64,000 nt of DNA from assembly GCF_009914755.1 (NCBI RefSeq), contig NC_060941.1, one strand, 5' to 3'. Shown in pieces: positions 48,101 to 64,000 of the stretch. The number at the start of each line of letters is the position of its first letter. Positions within the stretch are counted from its first letter, which is position 1. Source of the DNA: the human T2T-CHM13v2.0 reference genome, Homo sapiens. The position numbers were made by a program, and so were the translations under genes. Below the pieces are notes generated by a model. That model saw nothing but the letters and a program-made list of their open reading frames with translations. It had not been told where the DNA came from and searched no databases.

Positions 48101-48654
48101 CAAAAAGCTATTTTCTATTTCTTTCTTCTCAGTCAAGATAGGGCAGTTCTGTCCCTTCTCACTACCTCTAATCAGCTTCTTCACTTCCTTTCCAGGTTCA
48201 GTGGGAAATCCCACCTGTCCAAACACTGTGTGAGACACCAGAATTAGAGGCCTGCAAGCCTGCTTCCTTCATCCCCAATGCCCAGATGGGACAGGTCACC
48301 AGCCTCCTGTGTCTACCCCCACCTTTCTTGCTTGCTGGTAGGTGTGCTGCTCCCCCTACCCATCAACCCCAAACAGGGTTATGTTTCTCTCTCGGAGTAT
48401 TTTTCTCTGTTATTAAATGTCTCCAACAAGGGGAAGGCCTTGGTGACTCGCCTGTATGTCTTCGTAACTTCCAGCCCGAATCTGTAAAGAGCCGCTAACC
48501 TCCTGGTATCAAATGTCCATCCCTTTTTCTATAGTTCATGACCATTTTTCCCATTTAGTGGGTGTGGGAATGGACCAGTAAACAGATGGTATTTGGTACT
48601 GGAGAGGGAGAGTCTAATGACAGGTAGCCTTTCTTCTGGGGGCTAGAAATCTGA

Positions 48655-48916
<262 letters not shown>

Positions 48917-49654
48917 TGATGATGAGGCTGGTCTCGAACTCCCGACCTCAGGTGATCCGCCTGCCTTGGCCTCCCAAAGTGCTGGGATTACAGGTGTGAG
49001 CCACTGCGCCTGGCCTACCTGGATCTTTTGAGCGAATGGTTTTATGTGTGCATTTGTTTTTAATAACATCCAGACTGTTCCGAAAGGAAAGATGATTTAT
49101 CTAGTGTCTATTTCCCAGGACCAGGATCTTAGGCTCTGAGAATCTGTCCATACTCATTCCCAGATGCCTCCAGGAAGTGGAGAATAGATGGCCATAAAGC
49201 AGAATCAACTACTAGGTGTTACTGTCTTGAGCTCAGGTGTCAGCTCTCCTCTGGGGGCTGTTGAGAGTTGCAGGGTCAGGTGTGGGCAGAGCATCTCCCT
49301 GCATCCTGGGCATAGGAGGTGACATCAGCTTATCCTCTTGACCCTAGGCCTCCTCTCTCTGCAGTGCCTCTCTCATCCCTGCAATCCAGACAGCACATGC
49401 AGCAGCTCAAGTAAGTGCCACCTCTGGGTAAGGTGCTCCCTCTCCTGGTAGGCATATGGGTTGAGTTAGAGGTGAAGCAGGTGGGCTGAGGTAGACAGAG
49501 GGATAGAGCAAGTGTTAGCAAGAAACGTCCCTGGATGTAGTCAGGCAGTAAGTATGCATGGGGTACCTTGAGCACCAGCATTTATAACTTATCTTCATGT
49601 CTTCTGTCTACCAGGTTATCTGATCACACAGAACAGGCCTGCCAGTTGGGCAGC

Positions 49655-49688
49655 TGCAGTCATGGTTTCTGCCACACGAGGGCGCTGC
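49655..49688 (+). promoter_or_regulatory. CTCF-type core with upstream module
   Basis: TGCAGTCAT-N5-CTGCCACACGAGGGCGCTG; the spacing fits the upstream-motif-plus-core arrangement and the CpGs are retained. Confidence 0.55.
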
Positions 49689-51570
49689 TGGCCAATTAAA
49701 ACTCATGCCCCTTAGCAGACAGTTTGGGGATGAGGGCACCCTTTCTCCAAAACAGGGGTCAGAAACTCTGGGGCTCTCTGGGCCCCAGAGAGCATGGGCC
49801 CAAAAAGTGAGACAAATATTTGGTACCACTTGTTCTTCCTTGAAAATGGCCTGAGACCCCTAAACACTTTGCTCTAGTGGCCTGACATCTCAATGTGCTT
49901 CCAGCTGAACTTGGGAAGCCCCCTCTTTCCAGGCACTTAACACCTTGCACAGGTGCATCTCTCCCTTAAGGTGTAGCAGGTTCCAGCTGTATGCCCCGTT
50001 GTCCCCCTGCCTTAATGGCAGTCACTTTCCGACCCAGACGGTGGAGGTGCCTGTGGTTTTTAGGGGGAAAAAATCTCTTATAATTGTTCTAAGAAAAGTG
50101 TTTTGTTAGTGAGAAAGTGTTAGGGGTGACTGAAGCCTGGGAGAGTTAGTCTCCCCGTCACCTACTCCAGCACAAACCTATAGAATTCAAGATGGTCTAG
50201 TGGATGTTTGCAGCCTCAGTGGCTGGAATACACCCCAGGACATTCCAGGGCCCTGAGCCAAAAATGGTGTCAGAAAGCTGGATAGGAGTGTGGGCTGCTT
50301 TGGGCCATGAGCCTCATACCCACCCTGTATCAGGCAGTGTTTCTGCTAGGGGTGCCAAATGGCCCTGGGGCCTCTATGGGACTGAGGACTCCACAATTGA
50401 CCCTCCATCTCCATGAAGCCCTTCCAGGCTGAACAGGCTAAGGGACATGACAGAGGTTCTCCTCCTCCTTCCTACCCCCATGCCTGAGGGCCCCTCCCCA
50501 GGAGGACAGCTTGATTAAACAGTCGGTGCTGCTGGAATTACTGCACAGCTGGCGCTCCCCCCAGCACCCCGAGCAGAGCAGCAGTGCAGATTAAAATCTC
50601 CAATTAGCGTTAAAGTGAAGTGAGGAGGTGCTGAGGCTGCCAAGGAGGCCAGACGGGGGCCCTGGGTTGGCAAAACCCCCACTCTTGCCTGGATTCTGAG
50701 TGTCACCCTTAGTCACCCCTACTTTCCCAGCTCCTCTCCCAACAGCTTTCAGTGCCCATTAGTTTTGTATCGCTTGGGGCCAGAGGGCTTTGCAGAGGGG
50801 TGGAAGGGGGCAAATGCCTTACCTAAAATGCTAGGGACACCGTAAGTATGGAGGAGGAGAGCGGTCAGTGCTCATCAAGGGAGATACCCTATTCACTGCC
50901 TGCCAGGCAGCCAGGCCAAGGTGACTTCACGCTACAGCTCTGCTTCTTCTTTTTGCTTGAAGAAAAGATAAACAGGACGGGTCCTTTCAGGTCCTTTACC
51001 TATGAAGTGCTAGGGGACATGGTGCCCACATGAACATCTCTCTCTGCATATTTTATCCTATCTGACCCATCTGCTCCCACCGAAGTTATGGCTCCTTCCT
51101 CCCTCTCTCCATTCTTCTCTCAGCTTTCCTGTGGGCAGGGGTAGGCACAGCCAGGCTTGGGAGCATCGCCATGCCCTGCCACCTGGGTCCCAGCCTGCTC
51201 CTCGTTATAGTCTTCCCAGTTTGGGGAAGAGCAGTGATATGCCAAGAATGGAGGCCTCAGACTCTCCCAATCCCTGATTTTTACATGTCCCCCTATAAGG
51301 CCCCTCTGCCATCTACACTTTTGCCCTTCATCCACAAAGCCCAAAAGGAAGGCATTATAGCTAGCCATGCCCTCTGACTGCCCTCTGCCCCTTTAAGGGA
51401 AATGGAAATGGGTACCCAGCTGACTGAACCTACTCAACACCTCCAGAAATTAGACACTAGGGCATGGTGCCACCCTCCCAGGCTGGCACATGCTACCCTG
51501 GCAGAGGATCAAATAACCCCCCCATCATACCCTGCCCCATGTCTTCCTCTACTCTCTCCCTCATGCTTTT

Positions 51571-51602
<32 letters not shown>

Positions 51603-51612
51603 TCTCTCTCTC
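51571..51612 (+). repeat. (CT)n microsatellite
   Basis: Direct reading. Confidence 0.95.
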
Positions 51613-52326
51613 AGCTCAAAGCACAGCTGAGCCTTAAAAGGGGGGTTGAGGGGGTGGAGAGACCAAGCTGGGGCAGGGGGGTATAGAGCTCCAATAGCAC
51701 GTTTTCACCTGCCATTTAATTGGATGTATTTTTAATTAATGGGACCTCAGGGACCAACATGAGACAATCTGATATCTGAATAGGGACAGGGGAGGGATTG
51801 GGTAAGGGAGGAGGATTGGGCCACTGGGTGCGGTTACCGGGAACCCAGGCCCATCAATCACTGGCCACTTTGCGTTCTGGCATGGAGAATAGCGAGGTGG
51901 AGGAGGGGAGGCACTGGGGAGAGGTGCCAGGATTTCCCCCCAACTGCCAGGACCTCCAAACGGATTGGAACTATACTGGTTGACTCAGGTCTGGAGCCCA
52001 AAATCACAGCCAGAATATAAGGTGAGGCTGTTTTCTTGCTCCTGGGGTTTTGTCTGGTTGGGCTTGTCCCAGGGAGTGCTGTAAAATTGTGAAAGGAAGG
52101 TGGGGACAGAGCTTTGAGGTCCTTGTAGAGAGAAGACAAGAGCTATGGACCATAGAACCAGAGACTATGGAGAGACGGAGGAGAAGGGCAGGGTTCAGAG
52201 GTATTTCTGTATGTTTTGACATAAAATAAGTGCCATGGAGATTACATGCAAAATGGCATGCAAATGAGGCCTGGTGCCTTTTGGGGTATGAATCGTAGAA
52301 CCTTGCTTTTGCAAGAAAGGGAACTT

Positions 52327-57664
<5,338 letters not shown>

Positions 57665-59369
57665 TCAAACCCTATTTTCTGCCTGCCTTTTCTTTCACCT
57701 CCCTTTAGCCAATTCCATTCCTGGCTACCTCATCCCCTCCAGTCTGAAAGGACGTGGTAAGTACTTGTCTGTTCCCTATGCTTTTCTCTCTCTCACTCTC
57801 TTCCTCTCCTCCCAGCTCCCAACTGAGAGCTATCCCTGTTTCAACTCTTTCCAGTGAATGCCACCAGGATCTGAACCCAAGATTCCAGCCTCGGTCACCA
57901 CCCTGACCCTGAGAATGCCACTGGGATGGGGAGAACTTGTCAGTCTTCATCCTTCCCCACAAGTATACTGAAGCCAGGACAGGTATGTCCACTGCCATGA
58001 AGGGCCCTGCCCTGGAGTAGAGGGCAGCCATAGGGGTACAGTGGGGTCCCAGCCCTAAATGTGTGTATGCCTGTGCATTGGGCACACTGGTTTATTAGTG
58101 TTATTTCAGCATTGTGATGCAGAGAGAGTAAGTGTAACAGCTGCTCCTTGCTTGCAGTGTTTATTGTTACCTAGAGACAACCTCCTGGCTTTTTCCCAGC
58201 TCCCCCTCCCCGCTAGCCCAACCCCCTCCCTGCCAACAATCCTGCTCTCTCCACACTGATGGGAAATTTATAGCTTGCCCATACCATGCCTTTAACCCTC
58301 TCCTATCCATAGGGTAGATGGGCTGAGGGAAGCCAAGTGAGCAGCAGGCATGCTTGGGCACCAGCAGGGTAGAATAATGTGTGGAGGAGGGAGGGGGCAA
58401 TGACACCCCTCCCCTCCATTCTATGTGTCCAGTCTTAGGCCCCTGCTGCCCTCCTGGCTCTCAGTGGAGAGAAAAGAGGAAATAAATTTGGACCCAGCCT
58501 TGAGATCCTGGAAGAGCTCCTTTGGATTTAGCCTTGGGATCCTAGCATCTCCTCACAAAATTATGATCTTCCCTGGGCATCTCTAAGCCACCAATTGGGT
58601 TGCCTGCACCTGAGCAAATACAGCAAGGTAGTATTGAAACAGAAGGGTAAATACAGAGTGGCAGAACCCTCAGATCCCTCCTTTATGTCTGAGAGAGAGG
58701 TAGCTGTAGAGATGTCTTATCAAGACAAGAGGTGCTGGCTTGAGAAATGCTGGCTGGACTTCTACAGCTGGGTAGATGTTAGACATGAAGCCGGCCGCTG
58801 AGTCTGGTGGGAGAAACTGCCCGCCTTAACATCACCCTGAGCGCAGCACTAAGATCCTGAGAGACCCCTGGGTCATTCTCTAAGCTGGTCTTTTTGATCT
58901 GGTTATGCTGCTGCTTTTTACTTTTCCTTCCTGGGTCATTTTCTCCTACACATCTTCTAGTTTGACACCTTGGGGTAGATCCAAGAGACTGAGAAGATGG
59001 AGGCATCCTAGTCATGGCCTCAACAAAGCTGGGGAAAGAAAAACTCCTTCTGTCCTCTCTTGACCTTTCATGGAGGGGCACTGTGTGTTCTACTCACCAT
59101 CCTCACTGGAAACAGAAGAGAGGAAAAAGCATCAGATTTTAGCAGAAAGGATAGAGGGAAGACATATGGAAAAACTTACTCATGGGATGAAAGACTTCAG
59201 ATTGGACCTGCTTCTCTTCTGAGATTTTTCTTCTGCCTGCCGGTTTGTTTTTGTGTCTACCTAAGAGGCATTGGATGAAGCACAGTTACTTTTCCAGGCC
59301 TCTTCCAGACAGCCTCAGCACAGTTTCCATACAGTGCACTGCTTCTTGGTTCTTCTAAATGTCATGTAG

Positions 59370-59610
59370 TATGTGTGGTGGTTAGATCACAAGTTTTGGA
59401 GACAGACAGCCCTGGGTTCCAGTGCCATCTCTGCCACTTACCAGCTGTGCTACCTTGGTAATTCACTTAACCTCTTTGAGTCCTAGTTTCCTTGTAAAAT
59501 GCAGAAAAACAACTACTCCTTAAGTTTGTTGTGAGAATTTCGTGAAATAATGTGTGTAAAGCACCTACAACAGTGCCTGATACTCAGTAGGTGCTCACTC
59601 AACAGTGGCT
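59370..59610 (+). mobile_element. MIR
   Basis: ctgggttcc...ctctgccacttaccagctgtg..accttgg...cacttaacctctttgagtcctagtttcc...aaagcacct...acagtgcctga...agtaggtgctca. Confidence 0.9.
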
Positions 59611-60059
59611 GGTGCAAGAGTACTACTACTTTTATGAAGTTAGCAGGGCTGATATTGCTTCAAAGACTTTGTGAGTCCCCTGAGATTAAAGGCCAAATGT
59701 ATGTGCACATGCTGGGGGAGAATGTAGTTTTCTACACGATGTGGAGTAGGGGTGGCCATCCTCTGGAAAGAAAGTAGTCCCAATACTTGACTCAGACTCC
59801 CCAAGAAATCAGTTACCCCATTCCTATGCCTCTCAAGCCAGAGTACCTTGGCAACTGTTCTGCCTGGAAGTTCAGCTTCATCCAGGATGGAGGGGGGAGA
59901 GATAGTCATTAGAAGGATAGCAGCAACTAGCATTTGCTAGGCACTTTACAGTTCGTTAATTACATTTATCTGCATTAGCTCTTTTGATACCCAGAACCAG
60001 TAAAGAGAACTCCATTTATTGATGCCTGTATGCCAGGCATTGTACTGAGTGTGTTTTTT

Positions 60060-61870
<1,811 letters not shown>

Positions 61871-62009
61871 TCTTCTTATATTACCAGGTTGCCCATCAGC
61901 AAGGTTCTCTCACTTTGTACTCATTAGCAATGAATGAAATAGCTCATTTCACTTGTTTGCTGAATGTTTTATATTCATAATTATTAAACTTCTTAATTGG
62001 GCATGGCAC

Positions 62010-63805
<1,796 letters not shown>

Positions 63806-64000
63806 GGGGACTATAAGAATTATATAGGCACCACACTTTATCATCGAAACAACTAGAGATACCCATTCTGAACCTCTGTCCTCTGGTTGGGAGTTCTTAG
63901 ACAAAGGGAGACCACTCTTTACTAGCTCTTTCACCTCTACCCACTCTGAGATTTTCTGGCTCTGGGAGGTCCTGACTGTGGCTGGGAAGACAGCTACCTT

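Noticed and set aside
50560-50580. REST/RE1-like CAGCACCCCGAGCAG (also TCAGCACC at about 54957)
   Set aside because: The essential GGACAG half-site is absent or mis-spaced.

Overview
Human (primate) genomic DNA, very Alu-rich. Positions 1 to about 36.1 kb hold the 3' part of CDK12 on the + strand: nine coding exons (canonical exons 6-14; kinase C-lobe, C-terminal extension, Pro-rich tail), stop at 32901-32903, and a 3' UTR of about 3.2 kb. All nine exons have AG/GT boundaries and splice into one open frame. The remainder is downstream sequence with Alu, L2, MIR and L1 remnants, a U6 snRNA pseudogene split by an AluY, a CTCF-type motif and candidate enhancer or non-B DNA patches. Nearly all other ORFs in the track are Alu translations or chance frames. 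I see no firm evidence of a wholly new gene system. The best leads are: (1) several alternative CDK12 C-termini branching from the exon 13 donor, including an intronic poly(A) signal that could let CDK12 regulate itself; (2) a strong in-frame upstream acceptor for exon 12 that would insert 30 aa just before the DCHEL/Cys1039 motif; (3) a possible U6-Alu chimeric retrocopy inside one target-site duplication; (4) small template-switch scars in Alus. Exon and residue numbers follow the 1490-aa isoform from memory. Repeat boundaries and subfamilies were judged by eye and are approximate.
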